A DNA stretch of 64,000 bases from Candidatus Micrarchaeota archaeon CG1_02_47_40 (GTDB taxonomy: Archaea > Micrarchaeota > Micrarchaeia > Anstonellales > CG1-02-47-40): contig MNVE01000009.1 in the NCBI GenBank assembly GCA_001871475.1, positions 85,120 to 149,119 of the forward strand. The letters run 5' to 3'. A program made the translations under genes and the position numbers. Under the pieces are notes generated by a model that saw nothing but the letters and a program-made list of their open reading frames with translations, was not told the DNA's origin and did no database searches. Of this stretch, positions 52,132-59,794 are shown piece by piece. The stretch's first letter is position 1, and each line of letters starts with the position of its first letter.

Positions 52132-52321
52132 TGCGGATTTCATGCGTCTTCAAGCTCGTTTATCACGTCTTCAAGCCTGCGCATCTTTACTCTGCCGCTT
52201 TTTACTTCGCCCATTTCCTTCTGAACGGCTTTGTGCACAAGGAGCAATTCTTCAATTTTGTTCATATTTTTCCTTGCGAATGGCAGGAATAAAAACCCGC
52301 GCGCCGCATAACCTACTTCGC

Positions 52322-52461
52322 GCCCCCATAGTTTAGCGGATAGAATGGAGGCCTCCGGAGCCTCTGACCGGAGTTCGAAACCTAAGGGGGGTTCCACCCC
52401 CCTTAAGGTCTCAACCCCCCCCAAAGAACGTGGGTTGGTACTGAAAATCTCCGTGGGGGCG
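52322..52461 (+). tRNA. tRNA-Arg (CCG) with a ~68-nt intron in the T-loop
   Basis: GCCCCCA-TA-GTTT-AGCGGATA-GAAT-G-GAGGC-CTCCGGA-GCCTC-TGAC-CGGAG-TTCGAAA-[intron, about 52381-52448]-CTCCG-TGGGGGC-G, then TTTTT. The mature length is 72 nt. Confidence 0.8.
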
Positions 52462-52466
52462 CTTTT

Positions 52467-53072
52467 TCAATCATTCTTAATTTTCAGGCTGATGATAAAG
52501 GAGGATAACAACTCCGGCAAGCCCAAGAGCAATTCGGCTATCGGATGGTTTGGAAAACGCCTCTTGTCAAGGTAGTTTTCCGCCAGCATCTTCGCATGTT
52601 TTGGCTTTTTGTCTGCATGTGAAATGACAATCGCTAAAACCGCCCGTATGTACTCCTTTTCGCCAAGCCCGTGCTCTTCTAAGTATTTGAAAACTGATTG
52701 GGGCGGTGCACCGTCTGCGATGAGCTTGCGTGCCTGCAATTTCACCTGTTCGCTTAACTCGCCAATGAAGCCGAATCTTGAAGCGATGAGAATCGCCTGC
52801 CTAAGTCCGCCATCCGCTACGAGTTCCTTAACCGCTTCCCTTGCGATTTTCAGCCACTCCTCTTTGGAAAAATTAAATTCGGGAGGGCATGTTCCGTCGT
52901 GTTTTATCGTCTTTTTTGCCTCCTCCTTTTTAAGCAGTAGAATTATCTTTCCCTGCAGGAGCATCGCTTTTTTAAAATAGCCTCTTTTCCCTGCGAGTTC
53001 CCGCCTCAAGATAAGCCTTTCCCTTTCGGGAAGCAATTTGAATATTCTTGAAATTGATGCTGGCTCTGCCAT
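52467..53072 (-). CDS. Hypothetical protein
   Basis: 201-aa helical-looking ORF with no recognised motif. Confidence 0.5.
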   Translation of the reverse strand: MAEPASISRIFKLLPERERLILRRELAGKRGYFKKAMLLQGKIILLLKKEEAKKTIKHDGTCPPEFNFSKEEWLKIAREAVKELVADGGLRQAILIASRFGFIGELSEQVKLQARKLIADGAPPQSVFKYLEEHGLGEKEYIRAVLAIVISHADKKPKHAKMLAENYLDKRRFPNHPIAELLLGLPELLSSFIISLKIKND

Positions 53073-53213
53073 AAAATCATCTGTTGTATTTATTGTTTTG
53101 TGAAGGAATAAATATTTATATACCTGCCTTCATAACCCTATTTGGCAGTGGCAGGCGGGCAACTAACGCTATTTCTTCCGAAAGGAAGAAGAAAGTGAGG
53201 AAACCGCAAAGGG

Positions 53214-53287
53214 TTGACACCGAAGGTGTCAAATTTTGACGCGGAAGCGTCAAAGGTTTCCGAACGCCTTGACACTCGGGTGTCAAG
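53214..53287 (+). repeat. Three TTGAC..GTCAA hairpins inserted in the RNase P RNA between two AGTGAGGAA direct repeats
   Basis: TTGACACC-gaa-GGTGTCAA (53214-53232). TTGACGC-ggaa-GCGTCAA (53236-53253). CTTGACAC-tcgg-GTGTCAAG (53268-53287). AGTGAGGAA occurs at 53194-53202 and at 53291-53299. Confidence 0.8.
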
Positions 53288-53497
53288 TGAAGTGAGGAAG
53301 TTCCGCCCACTCCTGAAAGATAAATTTGAGTCAGGCTGGCGGCTCCCTTTGATGGGAAGGCGCAAGGCGTGCTTGGGGCAGCGGGAGAAATCCTGCGCAG
53401 CCCTCGGGCATTCTTTGCGCTCCGCTTTTGCATGGCTCTTTTTTGCCTTTCATAAAGCCCTTAACCGCTTAAGGCGGTATCCGGAACAGAAAAAGAG

Positions 53498-53538
53498 TTG
53501 ACGGCGAAGCCGTCAAGACTTGACTCCAAAGAGTCAAG
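53498..53538 (+). repeat. Two further TTGAC..GTCAA hairpins inside the RNase P RNA
   Basis: TTGACGGC-gaa-GCCGTCAA (53498-53516). CTTGACTC-caaa-GAGTCAAG (53519-53538), followed by CAGAA. Confidence 0.8.
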
Positions 53539-53762
53539 CAGAACTTCCATGCGCGGATGAAAATGAGGAAACGAGACGCGCATGTGTATGATGAAAACGC
53601 CGGTGCGAAGGGCGGGGTGCAAGGCCGATTAGGCCGCTAAGTCGAATGTTGCCTTAAAGCGCTTCGAGAGAGGCGCTTGAAACAAAAGGCGGGCTATGCC
53701 CTGCCGCTGCCATTATATTCACTAACCCTGCTTTAAAAAAGAAAGAAAAAAAGAAAGGAGTT

Positions 53763-54635
53763 TCAGGAAAGGTATCCTACAACTCCTTCAAACACGCTTA
53801 TTGGCTGTGCGCCAACCACAAGCGCGCTCATCTTCCCTGAAGAGTCCCTAAAGAGGGTGACGTAATTCCTTCCGCCTGCATTCTGTGAGCTTGCAAAGCT
53901 TTTGAGCCCCTCAACATCTGCCGTCGCATCAGAGTCGATTATATAGAATGCGGGTGTTCCGCTGACTCCGATTAACGCTCCTTCTGCCTGGTGCGCTGAA
54001 ATTATATCTGCCTTTTTCCCTCCGTCAAGGCAGGCGTTGAATGCTGCTTCATCCATCCCAAGCGCCTTTGCATATCCTTTCAGGTCGGAAACAGAGAGTG
54101 CCTGCTGGTTTGCAAACAACTTGTCATGGTATTCCCAGAACTTGCCCTGGTCCTGTGCGCAAAGCGATGCCTCTGCTGACTTTTGCGCGTTAGGGTGCAT
54201 CTGCGGCGGGAGCGGGAATTGCTTGAAGTAGACCTTCAGGCTTGGATTTTTTGACATAAGCTCTGAAATGGTCGGCTCCGCCCTTGCACAGAACGGGCAT
54301 TCAAAATCGGAGTATGTGACTATGGTTATTCCGTTGCCTCCCTTGGAGGTAAGCCCCTGCAAATTAACTGAAGGAGCCTGTTTTTTCTCAATCCCCGGAA
54401 CCGATGGCTCCGGTTCTGTCCCCTGCTGCGCTGTCCCCTGCCCATTTTGCAGCTCTGCAATCATTGCGTTTAGCGCAACTGAAGAAGCGGTGAATTTCTC
54501 GCTTATCTGCGCCCCTGCAAGGAATATGCTTGCAGAAACCAATATCGCCCCTGCGAGTATTGCAATGGCAGTCATGTAATTTTGCATTCCTTCCCCCTTT
54601 GGGGCAGAACCTAATTCTTCACCCATATTCATCAC
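53763..54635 (-). CDS. DsbA-family thiol:disulfide oxidoreductase, membrane-anchored
   Basis: N-terminal TM, CPFC active site (YSDFECPFCARAEP), FWEYHDKLF, GVSGTPAFYI. Confidence 0.8.
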   Translation of the reverse strand: MMNMGEELGSAPKGEGMQNYMTAIAILAGAILVSASIFLAGAQISEKFTASSVALNAMIAELQNGQGTAQQGTEPEPSVPGIEKKQAPSVNLQGLTSKGGNGITIVTYSDFECPFCARAEPTISELMSKNPSLKVYFKQFPLPPQMHPNAQKSAEASLCAQDQGKFWEYHDKLFANQQALSVSDLKGYAKALGMDEAAFNACLDGGKKADIISAHQAEGALIGVSGTPAFYIIDSDATADVEGLKSFASSQNAGGRNYVTLFRDSSGKMSALVVGAQPISVFEGVVGYLS

Positions 54636-54846
54636 TCCCTATAATGTTTTTTCCTATACTGTTTATGGCGGCTCACCTTTTTATACCTTTCGCGCTTTTC
54701 CATTCTTTACCAAAAAGGCTGCCCCCCTTAAATATATCCATAACGCGCTTATTAAAGGTTGCTGGAATTGTTTGGTGAAAAAAACAACAGATGGATTTAA
54801 AAAAACAGTGCGGAAAAGAAGTCAAAATCTATTGTGAGGTGGATAA

Positions 54847-55434
54847 ATGGGAAATGGAAAAATGTTAGCAGTTAGTGCGTTGTTCTTATGCGCACTGTTT
54901 GCAGGAGTTGCACATGCGACGACAGTAACTTTGCAGCCTGGACCTGAAGGGAAGGATGCGTTCATCAGCAGCGGCGGGATAAGCGCGGGAGATAGCGCTA
55001 GGCTCGCAAGTGGGGTTGAAAACGCCGAAGTCTTCTGGACGCTTATAGAATTTAATATGAATAACCTGACCAACATCACCAACACGACAAACATAACAAA
55101 TGCGGTTCTTTGGTTCTACTGCAACCAAACCAACGGCTCCAACAATTACTCGGCGTATCAGGCTGACGGCGGGTGGGAAGAGGGCACCGTAAGCTGGCGC
55201 GCGCGACCCCCTGTTGGGGATTACTACGATACTAAAACCATCATGCAGTATGGTTTCGGATGGCACAGCTGGACCGTGACGCAGCAGGTAGCGGATGTTG
55301 CCAGCGGGGCTATTGAAAACAATGGGTTTGTCGTCAAGACTCCGCTCTCTGGGGGGCTTGCTTCATTCCACAGCTCTGATTATATGACAAGCCAGCTGCT
55401 TAGGCCTAAGCTGGTTATAACATATAATAACTGA
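54847..55434 (+). CDS. Secreted DNRLRE-like domain protein
   Basis: Signal peptide MLAVSALFLCALFAGVAHA. ...YQADGGWEEGTVSWRARPP...WHSWTVTQQV...NNGFVVKT...FHSSDY...RPKLVITY. Confidence 0.6.
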   Translation: MGNGKMLAVSALFLCALFAGVAHATTVTLQPGPEGKDAFISSGGISAGDSARLASGVENAEVFWTLIEFNMNNLTNITNTTNITNAVLWFYCNQTNGSNNYSAYQADGGWEEGTVSWRARPPVGDYYDTKTIMQYGFGWHSWTVTQQVADVASGAIENNGFVVKTPLSGGLASFHSSDYMTSQLLRPKLVITYNN

Positions 55435-55501
55435 CCGGCTCCCTTTTTTCTTCTTTTCTTTTTTTTCTTTCTTTTTTTGAAGGAAAGATTTAAATAATGT
55501 T

Positions 55502-55520
55502 AGTTACCTAATAGGTAACT
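55502..55520. promoter_or_regulatory. Perfect palindrome AGTTACCTA-A-TAGGTAACT abutting the start codon of the second wHTH gene
   Basis: Read directly. 9-bp arms, ending 1 nt before the ATG at 55521. Confidence 0.5.
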
Positions 55521-56126
55521 ATGTATTATGAGATACCCCAGTATGGATTACGGGCGTATGCCCTGTTTTTCTCAAAATTCGGCTCTGTGGCGCCGTTTTC
55601 GCAGTCGGAGCTGGATTTTGCAGTTTCCCAACCGATGAAAAAGAAGATTTTCTCCCTGCTGCTGCGGGCGGGATGGATAAAAAAATATACTAAAAATAGT
55701 TATCTGTGCCAAAAACCAAACGAGATATTCCTGCATCTGCTGGATTTTAAGGTTCCGTCTATAATGAGGGAAGCAAAAAAACCTTACTGCTTCTGCGGGT
55801 TGAGCGCGGTGGAAATATGGAGTGATTACGCGTATATTCAGCGGGGCAGGGAGCGCTCTCCCTATTTTATCAAGGTATTAAGGAAGGATTTGGGATTTTG
55901 GAAGGAGTTCTTTAATTTGCATGGGATGCCGAATTATGAGGGCAGGGGGACCAGCATCGGGGAGTTCGTGATTTTGATTCCTGTCAAAAGGATAAATGGA
56001 GTGGAAAAAGAAGGGTTGTGGGTGGAGCCGTTAAAAGAAACAATGAAACAGGCAGGAAAAAACGAAATGTTTTCCTATGCTTATGATTATATGGGGAAAA
56101 AATATGGAAAAATTCAAGCTGCGTGA
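55521..56126 (+). CDS. wHTH protein (AbiEi-like), second copy of the module
   Basis: N-terminal wHTH-like: FSQSELDFAVSQPMKKKIFSLLLRAGWIKK. Also CGLSAVEIWSDYAYIQRG...YFIKV. Confidence 0.4.
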   Translation: MYYEIPQYGLRAYALFFSKFGSVAPFSQSELDFAVSQPMKKKIFSLLLRAGWIKKYTKNSYLCQKPNEIFLHLLDFKVPSIMREAKKPYCFCGLSAVEIWSDYAYIQRGRERSPYFIKVLRKDLGFWKEFFNLHGMPNYEGRGTSIGEFVILIPVKRINGVEKEGLWVEPLKETMKQAGKNEMFSYAYDYMGKKYGKIQAA

Positions 56127-56790
56127 GAAGGAGATATTTGAAACGCTGAAACAACTTGCAGAATGCGAATTCGTGATTATTGGAGGCTACGCTGTGAACG
56201 CTTATGCACTCCCGCGCTTTTCGGTGGATTGCGATATAGTGATTAAAAAGAAGGAGCTTGGAGAGATAGAGAAAAAACTGCAAATGGCAGGATATGCCAA
56301 AATGGAGGGAGGAGATGTACAACCGCTTTATGGCGGAAGCTTTGCAAGATATGAAAAAGAAATTGAAAAAGATTTTTTTGTTTCTTTTGATGTTTTGGTT
56401 GATGCCGTGTATGACCGGATTTCTGGTGCTGTCTTTTCTGCCGGCTGGGTTTTTGAAAATTCCAAAAAGAGAAGGCTTTATGGAAAAACGGTTTTGGATG
56501 GAATTGATGTTAGGATAATCAATCCTGATGCTTTGTTCGTGCTTAAATTCACAAGCGCAAGAGAAACCGACATCAGGGACATTTTTATGATGGCCGATAA
56601 GGTGGAGAACCCAAAATGGGCTAAAAAGGAAATTTCAAGGAAGATTGATTTTGAGAGGAATTTTGAAAAAATTAGGGAAAAAATTTGCAGTAAAGAGTTC
56701 AAGAAGAATTTGGAGGGAGTTTACGGATTTGTTGAGAATGCGGCATTTGAGAAGAGAAAAAAGATATTAGTCGGAATGAAAAACTCCTAA
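56077..56790 (+). CDS. Nucleotidyltransferase-fold protein (MNT/AbiEii-like), second copy; probable start at 56104
   Basis: FVIIGGYAVNAY...SVDCDIVI...NPDALFVLKF...RETDIRDI shares its motif order with 47596-48231. Confidence 0.45.
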   Translation: MLMIIWGKNMEKFKLREKEIFETLKQLAECEFVIIGGYAVNAYALPRFSVDCDIVIKKKELGEIEKKLQMAGYAKMEGGDVQPLYGGSFARYEKEIEKDFFVSFDVLVDAVYDRISGAVFSAGWVFENSKKRRLYGKTVLDGIDVRIINPDALFVLKFTSARETDIRDIFMMADKVENPKWAKKEISRKIDFERNFEKIREKICSKEFKKNLEGVYGFVENAAFEKRKKILVGMKNS

Positions 56791-59219
56791 AAGTATTTCC
56801 CCAAATTGCTCTGCGAACCCGCAAATTTCAAATCATCCTCTGAAAATCCCAATTCCGCAAGTATTTTCAGCACGGAGGGCAGTATCTGCCTGTTTATGTA
56901 ATAATCCGCATCATAGTCTTTTGCATATTCCGCAATTTCAGCCTTTTCGGAAATGGATGCGCCTTTTTTTGCAATCACATAGCCAATCATTGCCCCCTTC
57001 TCCAGCTTCACCCCCCTCTTTATTGCCTTTTTCGCGGCGGAAAGCTCCGGGGACATTATTTCATAGTTTGACGGGTCTTTTTTGAGCTGTGTGTATATTG
57101 TGAGCTCCTCAAGGGGCACCTTTCCCGTGCGCAGCCTTTCTATAGTATCCTTCACTATCTTCACGGCGTTTTCCTTGCTTCCCTCCTTTAGTATTGCCAT
57201 TAAAACGTCCCCTTGCGTCTTTTTTGCAATCGCGCTCCAGTCCCTTCTGACAAGCTCAAATCCGCGTATTTTAATCCTCCCCTTCTCATCTATCAATGCG
57301 TATTTCTTCTTCGCTCCTTTTCCCTCCTTATCCACTTTCTTTGTTACAAATACCCCTCTGGGGTAGAATCCTTCCAATTCCAGCTCCATGTTTCCCGGAA
57401 GGGATTTGTTTATTTTCTCCATGAAGGAGAGCGCGTCTTCCTTTTTCTTCTTTCCCAAAAGCAAAAAAATCGAATCTGTATCTCCATAAAGCACCTCAAA
57501 TTCACACTTCTCTGCCTCACTTATGGTATGCTGTATGAAGTGCCTCCCCCATGCCGTCACGGATTCCGCGCATTCCCGCGAATACCATCTGCTGCGCGCA
57601 TACGCAAGGTAGCCGTAGTAAGAGTTTGCAAGTATTTTGAGCGCCTGGGATTTTGCAAAAACAGCCGAGTATTCCTCCGAATCCGGCTCCAGCTTTTTCA
57701 GCTTCCCTTTCAGTTCGCTCCGCAAGTGCACCACTTCCTCAAGCACTTTCGGTATTATTCCTTGGGGGGATTTTGCGAAGCGATGCCCGAGTGGGGAGGT
57801 GTAAGCATCGCTTTCCCCTGCTCCTTTCGGAAGAAGCGTGTATGGGTCTATGTTGTGCGAGCATATTATTGAGGGGTACAGCCCACGGAAGTCAAACACC
57901 ACCATATTATCATAAATTCCGGGTTTTGGAAGCTTTACAAATGCCCCTTGTATGGGATTTAGCTCTCTTTCTTTTACCTGCCCCTCGTGCGGCTTGTTGG
58001 GTATTATTATTCCCTGCCGGCAGGAGCGGAACATTAGAAGGGATTCCACAAGCTGTCCTGCTGTTGAAGTGCTTACATCCGCAAGCGAGAGTCCCACCAG
58101 TTTGCTCATTTCTATCTGCATGGGAAGCACGCGCTGCGCGATTTCAAGTGTTTCCCGCGCATCGTTTCGGGAGTATTCCGCCAGGAGGGGGAGCTGTTTT
58201 TCATCATCCCACATCTTGTGTATTTCCAATCGCTGCACTTTCCCCTTTGTCTCGCTTTTCTTTCCAGTTATTTCGATGTAAGCGTTCTCAAGGGTGTAGC
58301 GGGAGATTTTCAAGCTGCCGATTAGGCCCATGAAGCGTATTATTGGGTATGCGTCCACATGCACCCTGCCGCGTATTTTTGCAATTGTTTTCTGCGCGAA
58401 TTTGCGCACGGAGAAGGATGAGCCATCTCTTCCCAATTCCAAGCGCACCCCAAGCGCGCTTGCGCGCTCTCCTAAATATGGAAGGTCAAAAACAGATGAG
58501 TTGTACCCAACAAGAAATTCAACATCCTCCTTCTTTAGCACGTTGCAGAATTCGCTTATCATTCTTTCTTCATCCTTGAGGGTTTCCACAAAGCTTTTGT
58601 CTATCTTCTTGTAAGTCAGAACTTTTGCCTCCTTCCTCGTGGCATAGCTTACCATTATGACCGGGTCATCCTTTGGCTTTGGCATCCCTTGGGGGTTGTA
58701 GGTTTCTATGTCAAAGGCAAGAGTATTGAAGTTAAGCGGAACGTCGGGCGTGCATTTGAGTATTTTCTGCAGGTATTTTCCCTTGCGTATGTAGGTGATG
58801 CGGGAAAAAAACTGCCATCCCCTGTCCATCATATACCTTTTTGCATACTGGATGCGGTATTCGTAAGCGCCAAACTCCCTCAACTCTTCGCGTATTAGGG
58901 GAACTGCTGCCGGAAAGTTGCAGAAAACTTTTAGTAACGCCTTTGTTTTTCCTTCGATTATTCGCTCTTCTTCCTCTACCCGCGCCGCCTGTGGAATTAA
59001 GCCCGCGCGCGCCGCATGGGGCGCCTTTGCCTTTTCTATTTTTGGGATTTCCTTTTTTGGCGCGTCAAGGTAAAAATAGGGCTCAAAATTGGCATCGTAT
59101 AGGCGGAAGAAGCGCTTTCCCTTCATCAGGAGTACTATTACGGGCTTTCCCTCGCGCATCGTGTATGTGACATCAATGAGAATTGCGCTTGCCTTTTTTT
59201 CTTTTTCTTCTGCCATCAA
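56787..59219 (-). CDS. polB: Family B DNA polymerase
   Basis: Exo I FDIETY, Exo II VGYNSSVFDLPYL, Pol A DFRGLYPSII, Pol B KILANSYYGY, Pol C YGDTDS. Confidence 0.9.
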   Translation of the reverse strand: MMAEEKEKKASAILIDVTYTMREGKPVIVLLMKGKRFFRLYDANFEPYFYLDAPKKEIPKIEKAKAPHAARAGLIPQAARVEEEERIIEGKTKALLKVFCNFPAAVPLIREELREFGAYEYRIQYAKRYMMDRGWQFFSRITYIRKGKYLQKILKCTPDVPLNFNTLAFDIETYNPQGMPKPKDDPVIMVSYATRKEAKVLTYKKIDKSFVETLKDEERMISEFCNVLKKEDVEFLVGYNSSVFDLPYLGERASALGVRLELGRDGSSFSVRKFAQKTIAKIRGRVHVDAYPIIRFMGLIGSLKISRYTLENAYIEITGKKSETKGKVQRLEIHKMWDDEKQLPLLAEYSRNDARETLEIAQRVLPMQIEMSKLVGLSLADVSTSTAGQLVESLLMFRSCRQGIIIPNKPHEGQVKERELNPIQGAFVKLPKPGIYDNMVVFDFRGLYPSIICSHNIDPYTLLPKGAGESDAYTSPLGHRFAKSPQGIIPKVLEEVVHLRSELKGKLKKLEPDSEEYSAVFAKSQALKILANSYYGYLAYARSRWYSRECAESVTAWGRHFIQHTISEAEKCEFEVLYGDTDSIFLLLGKKKKEDALSFMEKINKSLPGNMELELEGFYPRGVFVTKKVDKEGKGAKKKYALIDEKGRIKIRGFELVRRDWSAIAKKTQGDVLMAILKEGSKENAVKIVKDTIERLRTGKVPLEELTIYTQLKKDPSNYEIMSPELSAAKKAIKRGVKLEKGAMIGYVIAKKGASISEKAEIAEYAKDYDADYYINRQILPSVLKILAELGFSEDDLKFAGSQSNLGKYF

Positions 59220-59308
59220 ACTGCCTTGTGATTGCAGAATTAATAATCCTGCCTGCGCGCATAGCCCGTTCAGAATGGATTTTAAATCTTTGTTTGGAAT
59301 ATAATGGC

Positions 59309-59791
59309 ATGAAACGGAACGTTCTCCTTTTGAGCCTGCTTCTTGCGCTTGCCTGCCTTTCCTTTGCGCAGAATATGAGCAGCATCAATTCGGCGCTTGA
59401 GGCGTTCTGCGGATTTCTTTTGGGGGTCATGCCGGTTCTTACGATGCTGATGGTTGTGGGGGCGGGCGCGGTTTATGCCGGCGGGCAGATAATGGGCGCT
59501 GAAACGCGCGCAAGGGCGAATGTCTGGGCGACTGCAATGCTTGTTGGAGCGTTGATTGGAATAGTTATTGCTGTGTTAGGGCCGTTTGTAATGAGCACCA
59601 TGTATGGAAGCGGATGGGATGTTGCCTGCGCAGAAGGCGGTGGAGCGCCTGCGTTCAATTGCGGAACAGTAAGCTGTACCGGCGCAACTTCAGTATGCTG
59701 CCAAATAGGAGGTTCTGACTGGTGCTGTCAGAACGGGTATGCCTGCGGTTCGCAGGTGGGCGGATGCCAGAGCCCTCAGAACCCTGATTAG
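59309..59791 (+). CDS. Secreted two-TM protein, TrbC/VirB2-pilin-like, with a Cys-rich C-terminal module
   Basis: Signal MKRNVLLLSLLLALACLSFA. Hydrophobic pair GFLLGVMPVLTMLMVVGAGAVYAGG...ATAMLVGALIGIVIAVLGPF. Tail CAEGGGAPAFNCGTVSCTGATSVCCQIGGSDWCCQNGYACGSQVGGC. The upstream part of ORF 59183-59791 is antisense to polB. Confidence 0.45.
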   Translation: MKRNVLLLSLLLALACLSFAQNMSSINSALEAFCGFLLGVMPVLTMLMVVGAGAVYAGGQIMGAETRARANVWATAMLVGALIGIVIAVLGPFVMSTMYGSGWDVACAEGGGAPAFNCGTVSCTGATSVCCQIGGSDWCCQNGYACGSQVGGCQSPQNPD

Positions 59792-59794
59792 AAG

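Larger units (their letters stand above)
53144..53711 (+). ncRNA. rnpB: RNase P RNA (archaeal), unusually long (~568 nt) because of hairpin insertions
   Basis: P1: GGCAGUGGCAGG pairs with CCUGCCGCUGCC (12 bp). P3-like hairpin TTCTTCC-GAAA-GGAAGAA. CR-I-like GAGGAAGUUCCGCCC. 3' ACAAAAGGCGGGCUAU (P4 3' strand). TATA-like aataaatatttatata lies ~25 nt upstream. Confidence 0.75.

Noticed and set aside
52140-52424. A 94-aa minus-strand ORF.
   Set aside because: Its 5' two thirds are antisense to tRNA-Arg. Only the last 41 codons (52140-52265, MNKIEELLLVHKAVQKEMGEVKSGRVKMRRLEDVINELEDA) could be a real micro-protein, and there is no support beyond being an ORF.
53116-53501. ORFs 53116-53433 (minus), 53138-53365 (minus) and 53214-53501 (plus).
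   Set aside because: The region folds as an RNase P RNA with P1, P3 and CR-I/P4 signatures. The ORFs have odd composition and one merely translates the shared hairpin element.
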